Shown one piece after another: positions 46,077 to 55,053 of a DNA stretch of 64,000 nt. The DNA lies in the NCBI GenBank assembly GCA_052145175.1, contig JBKQPD010000157.1:1658-65657 (forward strand), given 5' to 3'. The DNA comes from Candidatus Binataceae bacterium. GTDB lineage: Bacteria > Desulfobacterota > Binatia > Binatales > Binataceae. The notes under the pieces are model-generated. The model was given only the letters and a program-made list of their open reading frames with translations, was not told where the DNA came from and searched no databases. Numbering within the stretch: position 1 is the stretch's first letter; each line of letters starts with the position of its first letter. A program made the position numbers and the translations under genes.

Positions 46077-46724
46077 ATGGAAAAAGAAGCTCGGCGCGAG
46101 CAGGTGTTGCGTCACGCGAAGCGGATTTTCGCGCGCAAAGGTTACCATCACACCAACATATCCGACATTATCGCGCGGGCGCGGATCGCGCGCGGCACCT
46201 TTTACCTTTATTTCGAGAATAAGCGCGAACTCTTCGAAGAGTTGCTCGCCCAGGTCCTTGGCGAGCTACGGCTGCGCATCCAACGGCTGCGCGTCGGACC
46301 GGGCGAGCCCGATCCGGTCGAGCAACTGCGCTCCAACCTGCGGCGGGTGCTCGGCCTGGTGCTGGCGGAGCGCGAATTGACCGATATCCTGCTAAACCAT
46401 GCGATGGGGTTCGATCGGGAGCTCGATACCCGGATCATCGACTTTTACGAGCAGGTCGTTGATCAGATTCAGCGGTCGTTGGACCTCGGGATTGAGATGA
46501 ACCTGGTCCGGCGATGCGACACGCGCGTTGCCGCCTATTGTATCCTGGGCGGGATCAAGGAGGTGGTGGCGCAAGCCTCGCGCGCCCGGCGGCGCGATAT
46601 CGCGATGCTTGCTGAGGAGATTCTCGGCTTCGGGTTGCGCGGTGTGGCCCGTCCGGAACTGATCGCGGGAATCCTGAGCCAGCACCGCCCGGAGGACGCT
46701 GTTTTGACGCGTGAACTAGACTGA
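46077..46724 (+). CDS. TetR/AcrR-family transcriptional regulator
   Basis: N-terminal HTH: FARKGYHHTNISDIIARARIARGTFYLYFENKRELF. Confidence 0.85.
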   Translation: MEKEARREQVLRHAKRIFARKGYHHTNISDIIARARIARGTFYLYFENKRELFEELLAQVLGELRLRIQRLRVGPGEPDPVEQLRSNLRRVLGLVLAERELTDILLNHAMGFDRELDTRIIDFYEQVVDQIQRSLDLGIEMNLVRRCDTRVAAYCILGGIKEVVAQASRARRRDIAMLAEEILGFGLRGVARPELIAGILSQHRPEDAVLTRELD

Positions 46725-46725
46725 C

Positions 46726-47517
46726 ATGTCAGTACATCGTCCGGCAAAGACGCGCGGTGCGCGCCCGGCGGCAGCGGGGGCGGCCTTTTACGACCTCGAC
46801 GGCACGCTCGTCGCTCTCAACCTGATTCACACCGCGCTCTATCTGTTCTCGAATCTCGGCGAATGGACCGGGCGCGCGAGCTATCTGCTGAACTTCGCCG
46901 CGCGCATTCCGTCGTTGTATTTCGCCGAACGCCGCGACCGGTATCTGCTGAATGTCGTGCTCTTCGAGATGTTTAAAGGGGTCTCGCGCGATCGCCTCGA
47001 GGAACTGGGCGACGAATATTGCGAACGCGTGCTGATGGAAAATCTCTACCCGCAGGCGCGCGACATGATCGAATCGAATCGCGCCGCCGGACTCGAACCG
47101 GTGTTGGTCACCGGTTCGCCGGACTTTATCGCCGCGCCCCTCTCGCGGCGCCTCGGGATCGGTGACTACGCCGCCAACCGGCTGGCCTTCGTCCGCGGCC
47201 GCGCGACCGGACGCCTGGTGTCGCCGATCATGGCCGGTGACGAAAAGGCGCGCTGGTGCGCGGACTATGCGGCGGCGCGCCAGCTCGACCTGGGCAAATG
47301 CTGGGGCTATGCGGATTCACATTACGATTTACCGTTTCTCGCGGCCCTGGGCCATCCGGTGGCGGTCAACCCCGATCAGCGCCTGAGCGCGACCGCCCAA
47401 AGCCGGCAATGGCCGATTATTCACTTCAACCGACAGGGCCCACGTACCACCCTCGCGCGCGCGATGCGGGCGCAGGCCGAAAGCTGGATTTGGAGGTGGC
47501 TCGATGGCGCGGCCTGA
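46726..47517 (+). CDS. HAD-IB family hydrolase (SerB-like phosphatase fold)
   Basis: Motif I FYDLDGTLV, motif II VTGSP, motif III/IV K...YADSHYDLPFL. Starts 1 nt after the tetR stop. Confidence 0.75.
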   Translation: MSVHRPAKTRGARPAAAGAAFYDLDGTLVALNLIHTALYLFSNLGEWTGRASYLLNFAARIPSLYFAERRDRYLLNVVLFEMFKGVSRDRLEELGDEYCERVLMENLYPQARDMIESNRAAGLEPVLVTGSPDFIAAPLSRRLGIGDYAANRLAFVRGRATGRLVSPIMAGDEKARWCADYAAARQLDLGKCWGYADSHYDLPFLAALGHPVAVNPDQRLSATAQSRQWPIIHFNRQGPRTTLARAMRAQAESWIWRWLDGAA

Positions 47518-49144
47518 AGCCCGTCTGAAGGAGCTCAAGTCGTCCGATCTCAAACACGAGATCGACGCGCGCCGCGATCTCGTCGTTACGCTCAACCGGC
47601 GCTCGGAGAACCGCCTGATCGCCTATGGCGAAGACTTCATGTTCGAGAAGCTGCCGGTCGGAACCCGGGTGGTCTATCCGCCCCCGCCGCTCGATCCCCT
47701 GCCCGACCCCGACACGGCAATCCGTTACGCCCTGCTCCATCCGCTGAATGCTGATCCGCTGTTCGCGCAGCTCAATCCGAACATGCGGGTCACGATCGCG
47801 ATCGACGATATCAGCCTCCCCCTGCCGCAGATGCGCCGTCCGGATCTGCGCGAGCGGATGCTCAATTCGATCCTGCAGACCCTCGCGGATTACGGTGTGG
47901 ACGACGTTCATCTGGTTGTCGCGACCTCGCTCCATCGCCGCATGACGGAGCGCGAAATTCGCCGGATGGTCGGCGAACGCGCGTTTCGGCAATTCTGGCC
48001 CGAGCGGCTCTACAACTTCGACGCCGAAAACCGCGCCGAGATCGTTATGATGGGCAAAACCGATCATGGCGAAGAGGTCTGGCTCTCGCGCCGTGCGGCG
48101 GAGTCCGACCTCGTCATCTATCTGAACATCAACCTGGTGCCGATGGACGGCGGTCACAAGTCGGTCGCGGTCGGGCTCGCGCCTTATCAGAGCCTGCGTC
48201 ATCACCACAATCCGGCGACCCTGCGCGACAGCCATTCCTACATGGACCCGAACCGCTCGGCCCTGCACAACTCGGCGAACCGGATGGGCAAGCTGATCAA
48301 TCAGCAGCTCAACGTCTTTTCAGTCGAGACCGCCGTGAATACCCAGATGTACGGCGGGATGCTCGATTTTCTGCAGAAGAACGAGGATCGCTTTTCCGAT
48401 TGGGACCGGATGCGGCTCAAGGGTTTCCGCTGGACGCTCGGTTCGGTCTCGAATGACCTGCGCCGCCAGATGCTGCATCAATATGCGGCGCCCTATGGCC
48501 TGACCGGCGTCTGGGCCGGTGAGACCGAGACCGTGCATCGGCAGGCGCTGGCGAAGGTCTTCCAGCAGTACGCGGTACCGGTCAAAGGGCAGTCCGATAT
48601 CCTGATTGTCGGCGTGCCGTATATCTGTCCCTACAACGTCAATTCGATCATGAACCCGGTCCTCGTGCAGTGCACGGGCATGGGCTACCTGTTCAACATG
48701 TATCGCAACAAGCCGCTGGTGAAACCCGGCGGCACGATGATCATCTGTCATCCGCTGCGCGACGAATTTCACCCGGAGCATCATCCGAGCTACATCGAGT
48801 TTTTCCATCGATGCCTGAGTGAGACCACCGACGCCACGGAGCTTGCCAACAAGTACGAGCACGAGTTCGCGCACAACCCGACCTACACGCACATGTACCG
48901 TTACGGCCACGCCTACCACGGCGTGCATCCGTTCTACATGTGGTACTGGGGCGAGCCTGCGCGCCAGCATTGCGGGCGGGTGATCGCGGCCGGTTGCGAG
49001 GAGCCGGAGGTTGCCGCGCGGCTCGGCTGGGAGGCGGCTGACACGCTCGATGAAGCAATCGCGATGGCGACTGCGGATCACGGGCGCTCGGCCAGCATAA
49101 CTTATCTGCACCTGCCGCCACTGGTTATAGCCGATGTCGAATAA
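47504..49144 (+). CDS. LarA-like (DUF2088, lactate-racemase N-terminal domain) protein, extended 546-aa form
   Basis: VTIAIDDISLPLP, DLVIYLNINLVPMDGGHKSVAVGL (resembles the region around the cofactor-tethering Lys of LarA). GGAGGTGG RBS 6 nt upstream. 14-nt overlap with the HAD gene. Confidence 0.6.
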   Translation: MARPEARLKELKSSDLKHEIDARRDLVVTLNRRSENRLIAYGEDFMFEKLPVGTRVVYPPPPLDPLPDPDTAIRYALLHPLNADPLFAQLNPNMRVTIAIDDISLPLPQMRRPDLRERMLNSILQTLADYGVDDVHLVVATSLHRRMTEREIRRMVGERAFRQFWPERLYNFDAENRAEIVMMGKTDHGEEVWLSRRAAESDLVIYLNINLVPMDGGHKSVAVGLAPYQSLRHHHNPATLRDSHSYMDPNRSALHNSANRMGKLINQQLNVFSVETAVNTQMYGGMLDFLQKNEDRFSDWDRMRLKGFRWTLGSVSNDLRRQMLHQYAAPYGLTGVWAGETETVHRQALAKVFQQYAVPVKGQSDILIVGVPYICPYNVNSIMNPVLVQCTGMGYLFNMYRNKPLVKPGGTMIICHPLRDEFHPEHHPSYIEFFHRCLSETTDATELANKYEHEFAHNPTYTHMYRYGHAYHGVHPFYMWYWGEPARQHCGRVIAAGCEEPEVAARLGWEAADTLDEAIAMATADHGRSASITYLHLPPLVIADVE

Positions 49145-52100
49145 CAACGGCGTACTCAACGGGGCTGTCGCGGCCCACCGCACGATGCCGCCGCTCGAAA
49201 CGGTGCTGCGCAAGCGGCGCCTGCTCATCACGGGAGGCACCGGCTTTCTCGGCAAGGTGCTGCTCTCGATCCTGTTGCGGCATCATCCCGAAATCGGGCG
49301 TATCTTTCTGCTGATCCGCGGTGATCGCAAATCGAGCCTCAACCGTTTCCAGCGCGAGATTCTCGACTCGCCCGCCCTCGGCCCGGTACGCGAGTACCTC
49401 GGCGCCAGCTTCGACCGGTACGTCGAGGAACGGGTCGTGGTGGTCGCCGGCGATATTACCGAACCCGGTCTCATCACCGACGGCGCCGAGCTGCTGGGCG
49501 AGGGCGCGCTCGACGCGGTGATCCATTGCGCCGGGCTGGTGAATTTCGAGGCCGCGCTCGAAAAGGCGCTCGCGATCAACGTCACTGGCGTACAGCACGT
49601 CATCGAGTTCTGCCGCCGGCATCAAGCCGCCCTGCTGCACGTCTCGACCTGCTATGCGGCCGGCGCCGCCGATGGCCATCGCTACGAAGACGACGTGCCG
49701 ATCGATTGGGCGCCGCTCAACCAGCGGAACTTTAATCTACAGCGGGAAATTCGCGACGCGCTCGCCGCGTGCCAGCGGGTCGAAGTGGAATCGCGCGATC
49801 AGGCCCATCAGGCGGAATTTCGTGCGACGATTGAGGACGGCGCGGAAGGCTTCGCCGCCAATGACGGCCATGAGCACGCGCAGGAGTCGCGCCGCAAGCA
49901 GTGGGTCGAGGAGCGCCTCAAGCAGATCGGCCGCGAGCGCGCGCTCGGCTGGGGCTGGCCCAACACCTACAGCTACACCAAGAGCCTGGGCGAGCAACTC
50001 GTGCTGGCGGCCGGCGACACCCTGGCGGTGACGGTCGCGCGTCCTTCCGTGATCGAAGGCGCCCTGCGCGATCCCCTCCCCGGCTGGAATCAGGGGGTCA
50101 ACACCAGCGCGCCGCTGACCTACATGGCGGGCCGCGGCTACCGCTTCTATCCCGCCAAGGGCAAGCTCGTCCTCGACGTCATCCCGGTTGATCTGGCCGC
50201 GCACGCGATGATTCCGATTCTCGCGGCGCTGCTGCTCAAGCGGCAGCAGCCCATCTATCAACTCTGCACCTCCGACGTTAATCCCCTGCCGATGCGCCGG
50301 TTGGTCGAGCTCACCGCGCTCGGCAATCGCCTGCAGCATCGCCGCGCGGGTGGCGGTCCGATGGGCAAGCTGGCGCCCCATCTGGAAGCCGTGGTGGTTT
50401 CGCAGAACACTTATGAACTGGCGAGCCAGACTTTGCCCGCGATGCTCAAGCACGCGGCGGTGCTTGGTAAAACGCTGCTCGGGGACGAGTCCACGGCGGC
50501 GCGCGGCTTCGAGCGGCGGATCAACAGTATCGCGGATAACGCGGAGCTCGCACGCTCGCTGGTCGACGTCTATCGGCCGTACATCCAGGAGTTGGTCTAC
50601 ACCTTTCACGGCCGCAATATCCGCGAACTGTACGCGCAGCTCGCCGACGCCGACGTCGCGCGTCATCCGTTCCGCCCGGATCGGATTGATTGGAAGGACT
50701 ATTGGATAAACATCCATCTGCCCGGTCTGCGCCAACATATTTTTCCGCAGCTCGACCTGCATACACGGACCCGGCCGCGCGCCCTGCTGCGCCACAAGAC
50801 CCTGCTGGAGATGCTCGAGCGCGGGGCCGAGCGCTACGGCGCCCGGGTCGCGCTGGAAGCCCGCACCCCTTCCGGCCAACGCACCGCGATGACCTATCGC
50901 GAGTTGCGCGACGCCGCCCATCGCGCCGGACTGCTCCTGCGCACGCGCGGTATCAAGCCCGCGGACCGGGTTCTGCTGATTAGCGAGAACTCGCCGGACT
51001 GGGTAATCGCCTACTTCGCCATTCTTTATGCGGGCGCGGTCGCGGTACCGCTCGATCATCTGATTGCCCTCGAGGAGCTGCTGCCCATCTGCCGCATCGC
51101 GGAACCGCGGGCCGCCCTGCTCTCCTCCGGCTGCCAGAATCGTCTCGACCGGGCCCTGCGCGACGCGCTCGACGGTATCCTCGAAATCGAGCTCAGCGAG
51201 TTGCATCGCCCTTTTATTCTGCGCGACCCGGCCGCCGCCACGGTGAATGTCGAACGCAAGACGCTCGCGTCCATCGTCTTCACGTCGGGCACGACCGGCA
51301 CGCCCAAGGGCGTGATGCTCAGTCACGGCAATTTCACCGCCGAGGTGATGATGCTGGGCCGGGTCTTCGCGCTCGACGGCAACGACGTGGTGCTCTCGCT
51401 GCTGCCGCTGCATCATACCTTTGAGTTCACCTGCGGGATGTTGCTGCCGCTCGCCAGCGGCGCCCGCATTGTCTATCCGCTGGGAATCGACGCGGCCAGC
51501 CTGGCGCGTACGCTGGCCGACGTGCGGCCGACCGCACTGATCGCGGTGCCGGCGCTGTGGGAAGCCGTCCATCGCCGGATCACCGACGAGATCGAAGCCC
51601 GGGGGCCGTTCTTCGCGGCGGCCTTCGCCCGCTTGCGCGATCTGCATCGGCTGCTCGACGGCGACTACCACCTGAATCTCGGTCATCTGATTTTTCGGCA
51701 GGCGCATAACGCCCTGGGCGGCCGGCTCAAGCTGGCGGTGAGCGGCGGCGCCGCGCTGCCGCAGCGGGTCGCGCAATTCTTCAATGACCTGGGGCTCAAG
51801 CTGCTCGAAGGTTACGGCCTTACCGAAACGGCGCCCGTGCTATGCGTGGCGCGGCCCGACGACCCGCTGATCCCGGGCTCCGTGGGCAAGCCGCTCGGCG
51901 GCGTCGAAATCCGGCTGGACGGCGCGGACGAAAGCGGCGTCGGCGAAGTGATCGCGCGCGGCGCGAACGTGATGAGCGGCTATTATCATAATGCGGCCGC
52001 CACCGCGGAAGTGCTTCGCGACGGCTGGCTGCATACCGGCGACCTCGGCCGTTTCGACGCTGACGGCGCTCTCTCCATCGTTGGGCGGGCCAAGGATGTC

Positions 52101-53501
52101 ATCGTCGACTCCGGTGGCAACAACGTCTATATCGACGAGATCGAGGAGACTTACGGCCACTCACCGTACATCAAGGAGATGGCGGTGGCGGGACTCAAGG
52201 TGGCGCAGGGCGAGCAGGTCGCGGCACTCGTGGTGCCGGCCTACGCACGGGGCGAGAGCCGCCGCGCGGTCGAAGATCGGCTGCGCGAACATTTCGATAA
52301 AGTCGGCGCCGGACTGAGCGCGCACAAGCGCATCAGAATCCTCCGCTTCACCGATACCGAACTGCCGCGCACCCGCACCCGCAAGGTCAAACGCGCCGAA
52401 GTCGCGGCCGCACTCGAACGGATGATCCAGAATCAGCCGGGCGCGCGGACGCGCGGCGGCGACGAGATCGTGCCGTGGCTGGCCCACGCGCTGGAGCAGG
52501 TGGCCGGGGGCGCTACGGAAATTACGCCGGCGACCCGCCTGATCGAGGACCTCGGGCTCGACTCGCTCGCCCTCGCCGAACTGGCCGAAGCGATCGCGGT
52601 CAGGGCCGGGGTCGAGCTGAGCGGCGAGCAGCTCGCCAACGTCAGCACGATCGCGGACCTGCAAAAGCTGCTGACCGCGGGACAGAATCGCCCGCGACTA
52701 CCCTCTTACGCCCGCTTCGCCCGACCCTATACCTTCGAGCTGCCCGGCCCGCTCAAGCGTCTCGGCGAAGCGGCGGTGCGCCGCACGTTGCAGGCCGCGC
52801 TGGACGGATGGCTTAAGCCGCGCATCATGGGACGCGGCAATATCCCCGCGAATCGCAACGTGCTGGTGGTGGCCAATCATTCGAGCCACGTCGACTTCGG
52901 TCTGGTGAGCCATGCGATGGCGGCGCACGGCCGCGAGCTGATCGTGTTGGCGGCGAAGGATTACTTTTTCAACAACGGTATTCGGCGCTTCATCGCCATC
53001 AATTTCACCCGGCTGATTCCGTTTGATCGCGAGCGCGCGCAACTCGAGTCGCTCGAAGAGGCCCTCGAGCAACTGCGCGCGGGCCGTAGTGTGCTGATGT
53101 TCCCCGAGGGCACCCGTTCGCCCGATGGCGCGATCCATGATTTCAAGAGCGGCGCCGGCTACCTCGCCCTGCATAGCGGATGCGACGTGCTGCCGATCCA
53201 TATTCGCGGCTCCTACGACGTGCTCGGCAAGGGCAGTCTCATTCCCCGCCGCGCCCCCGTCGAGGTGCGGATCGGGTCGGTGCTCACGAGCGCCACCCTG
53301 CGCGCGGCGGCTCATGACACGGAAGGCCCGGGCGCGTATCGCAAGCTCGCCGATCTCATGCGCGACGCGGTCGTCGGGTTGACCGAGCAAGGGCGTAAGC
53401 GTGGCCGGTTGAGCCCGTCGTCGGCGGTGCCCTCGACGCCACGGACCGTGGCCGAAAAGCCCGGCACGGGACGCGCGGCGCGCAAGCAGGCCAAGGGGTG
53501 A
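49134..53501 (+). CDS. Four-domain lipid megasynthase: fatty-acyl reductase (NAD_binding_4), acyl-AMP/CoA ligase, carrier protein, PlsC-type acyltransferase (ElbD-like)
   Basis: aa ~25-330: ITGGTGFLGKVLL .. YSYTKSLGE (FAR/thioester reductase). aa ~545-1075: FTSGTTGTPKGV, EGYGLTETAP, TGDLGRFDADG, PRTRTRKVKR (AMP-binding). aa ~1095-1175: LGLDSLALAEL (phosphopantetheine Ser). aa ~1195-1400: ANHSSHVDF (HX4D) and FPEGTRSPDG (PlsC). Confidence 0.85.
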   Translation: MSNNNGVLNGAVAAHRTMPPLETVLRKRRLLITGGTGFLGKVLLSILLRHHPEIGRIFLLIRGDRKSSLNRFQREILDSPALGPVREYLGASFDRYVEERVVVVAGDITEPGLITDGAELLGEGALDAVIHCAGLVNFEAALEKALAINVTGVQHVIEFCRRHQAALLHVSTCYAAGAADGHRYEDDVPIDWAPLNQRNFNLQREIRDALAACQRVEVESRDQAHQAEFRATIEDGAEGFAANDGHEHAQESRRKQWVEERLKQIGRERALGWGWPNTYSYTKSLGEQLVLAAGDTLAVTVARPSVIEGALRDPLPGWNQGVNTSAPLTYMAGRGYRFYPAKGKLVLDVIPVDLAAHAMIPILAALLLKRQQPIYQLCTSDVNPLPMRRLVELTALGNRLQHRRAGGGPMGKLAPHLEAVVVSQNTYELASQTLPAMLKHAAVLGKTLLGDESTAARGFERRINSIADNAELARSLVDVYRPYIQELVYTFHGRNIRELYAQLADADVARHPFRPDRIDWKDYWINIHLPGLRQHIFPQLDLHTRTRPRALLRHKTLLEMLERGAERYGARVALEARTPSGQRTAMTYRELRDAAHRAGLLLRTRGIKPADRVLLISENSPDWVIAYFAILYAGAVAVPLDHLIALEELLPICRIAEPRAALLSSGCQNRLDRALRDALDGILEIELSELHRPFILRDPAAATVNVERKTLASIVFTSGTTGTPKGVMLSHGNFTAEVMMLGRVFALDGNDVVLSLLPLHHTFEFTCGMLLPLASGARIVYPLGIDAASLARTLADVRPTALIAVPALWEAVHRRITDEIEARGPFFAAAFARLRDLHRLLDGDYHLNLGHLIFRQAHNALGGRLKLAVSGGAALPQRVAQFFNDLGLKLLEGYGLTETAPVLCVARPDDPLIPGSVGKPLGGVEIRLDGADESGVGEVIARGANVMSGYYHNAAATAEVLRDGWLHTGDLGRFDADGALSIVGRAKDVIVDSGGNNVYIDEIEETYGHSPYIKEMAVAGLKVAQGEQVAALVVPAYARGESRRAVEDRLREHFDKVGAGLSAHKRIRILRFTDTELPRTRTRKVKRAEVAAALERMIQNQPGARTRGGDEIVPWLAHALEQVAGGATEITPATRLIEDLGLDSLALAELAEAIAVRAGVELSGEQLANVSTIADLQKLLTAGQNRPRLPSYARFARPYTFELPGPLKRLGEAAVRRTLQAALDGWLKPRIMGRGNIPANRNVLVVANHSSHVDFGLVSHAMAAHGRELIVLAAKDYFFNNGIRRFIAINFTRLIPFDRERAQLESLEEALEQLRAGRSVLMFPEGTRSPDGAIHDFKSGAGYLALHSGCDVLPIHIRGSYDVLGKGSLIPRRAPVEVRIGSVLTSATLRAAAHDTEGPGAYRKLADLMRDAVVGLTEQGRKRGRLSPSSAVPSTPRTVAEKPGTGRAARKQAKG

Positions 53502-54379
53502 CTAACGTCGCTGAGGGCCAGGGACGACGTACCTCGTCCGCCGGTATGACCTTGTCCTTCGCCCAGTTGCTCGCCGCCCTCGCCCAGCCCGCCTGGTGCT
53601 GGGACTCGCGCACGCATGAACTGATTACCCGGCTGGCCATCGCTGCTTTGCCCGCGACCCCGCTCAAAACGGGCTTTGAGCGCAACACGGCACAACTGGA
53701 AGAATACTCGATCGAACCGGATACGGTGCTCAAGCACATGTATGGCGAAGCGGAAGCGCATCGTCATTACATCGACCTCGAATATTTTGGCGCCGATCCG
53801 TTTGCGAATCTGAATCCGGATTTCAACGCGATGGAACGTCGCTTCGGGATCAGAACGCTCGATCGCTCGGGCGTTCTGCCCTGGGCGATCGAGGCCGAAG
53901 CCGCGGCTACCGCTGGAGCCATGCGCGCCGGCGACTGTGCCGGACTCCTGCGCCATGCCGGCTATCTCGCGCACTACGTCGGCGACGCGAGCCAACCGCT
54001 CCATACGACACGCTTTTATGATGGCTTTACGGCGGAGGACCGTGGGATGCACGCGCGGCTCGAATGGTCGGTCGATCATCGAGTCAATGAGATCGAAGCG
54101 TTGGCGTCCGCCCAGGTGCGCTTGCAGCCGATTGTTTCGGTGTGGACCCCGGCGATCGCCGAGCTCAAGGAATCGAATGCGCTGGTTCAACAGGTCGTGA
54201 CCGCCGACCGCACTGCGCGCGCGGAAGCCGGTCGCAGCCACGCGGAGTACACTCGCGCGCTAATGGGAATCGAGCAGGACATGATCATCCACCAGATCGC
54301 CGATGCGGCCTCCGTCCTGACCTCAATCTGGATCTATGAAGCCGATCAGGCCGGCACCCCGAGCATCTGTTCACCCTAG
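53498..54379 (+). CDS. Zinc-dependent phospholipase C / S1-P1 nuclease superfamily protein with probable Tat signal
   Basis: GTGA start/stop overlap with the megasynthase gene. The GRRTSS..LLAALAQPA/W signal leaves an N-terminal Trp (WDSRTHELI), the Zn ligand of this fold. Further H/D-rich motifs: HRHYIDLE, GYLAHYVGDASQPLHTT. Confidence 0.6.
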   Translation: MTNVAEGQGRRTSSAGMTLSFAQLLAALAQPAWCWDSRTHELITRLAIAALPATPLKTGFERNTAQLEEYSIEPDTVLKHMYGEAEAHRHYIDLEYFGADPFANLNPDFNAMERRFGIRTLDRSGVLPWAIEAEAAATAGAMRAGDCAGLLRHAGYLAHYVGDASQPLHTTRFYDGFTAEDRGMHARLEWSVDHRVNEIEALASAQVRLQPIVSVWTPAIAELKESNALVQQVVTADRTARAEAGRSHAEYTRALMGIEQDMIIHQIADAASVLTSIWIYEADQAGTPSICSP

Positions 54380-54420
54380 CGGGTCTCCCTAAAGCGTGGT
54401 CGGGTTTAAGATTCTTGACG

Positions 54421-54472
54421 CAGCTCGCAGACTCGCTTGCTCGCTCCGCGCGGCAGCGCGCTCCGCTAGCTT
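54421..54472. repeat. Inverted copy of the dispersed intergenic repeat family
   Basis: Its reverse complement reads gctagcggagcgcgctgccgcgcggagcgagcaagcgagtctgcgagctg, matching the cores at 3181, 29191 and 38471. Confidence 0.5.
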
Positions 54473-54506
54473 CCTTAATGCGGCGGCCACGCGATAATAT
54501 TCCTCG

Positions 54507-55043
54507 ATGGACTGGTGGACGAAGAGACCCGACAACGAAGCGCGTTCAATCCGGGGCCGCTACTCGCGCCCCTCGGTGAGCGAGATTATGGACGATCTGC
54601 TGGTGGGCGAGTATCCGCGCCTGGGCGATCTGGACTGGCTCAAGGACGAGTATCGCATCAGCGCGATCCACAATCTGCAGGACGACATCGACCTGCATAT
54701 CAATGGGCTCGACGAGCTTGAGCTGCGCGACGAGTGCAGCCGGCTCGGGCTGACGTTTGTTCGCACCCCGATTCACGATGGCAGTGCCGACGACATGGCC
54801 GCGCGGCTGGTGCATGCGCTGGACGCCCTCGGCAACCTGATCGAGGACGAGCAACGCGTCTTTCTGCACTGCAACGGCGGGCTGAATCGCGCGCCAACTG
54901 TCGCGATCGGCTGGCTGCACGCCCAGCGCGATATGTCCCTCGACGAAGCGATGTACTACTTCAAGCAGCGCCGGCCGTGCGGTCCCTTCATGACGGTGCT
55001 CGAGGGTCATTTTGGCCCGCGCGATCAGAAGCCCGCACGCTAA
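54507..55043 (+). CDS. Cys-based dual-specificity phosphatase (DSP/PTP-loop)
   Basis: Active-site signature HCNGGLNRAPT (HCx5R(S/T)) with upstream general-acid region IHDGSA. 178 aa. Confidence 0.75.
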   Translation: MDWWTKRPDNEARSIRGRYSRPSVSEIMDDLLVGEYPRLGDLDWLKDEYRISAIHNLQDDIDLHINGLDELELRDECSRLGLTFVRTPIHDGSADDMAARLVHALDALGNLIEDEQRVFLHCNGGLNRAPTVAIGWLHAQRDMSLDEAMYYFKQRRPCGPFMTVLEGHFGPRDQKPAR

Positions 55044-55053
55044 GCCCGATGGT

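Noticed and set aside
49737-51776. 679-aa minus-strand ORF
   Set aside because: It lies entirely inside, and antisense to, the four-domain megasynthase gene, whose + frame carries multiple unambiguous catalytic motifs.
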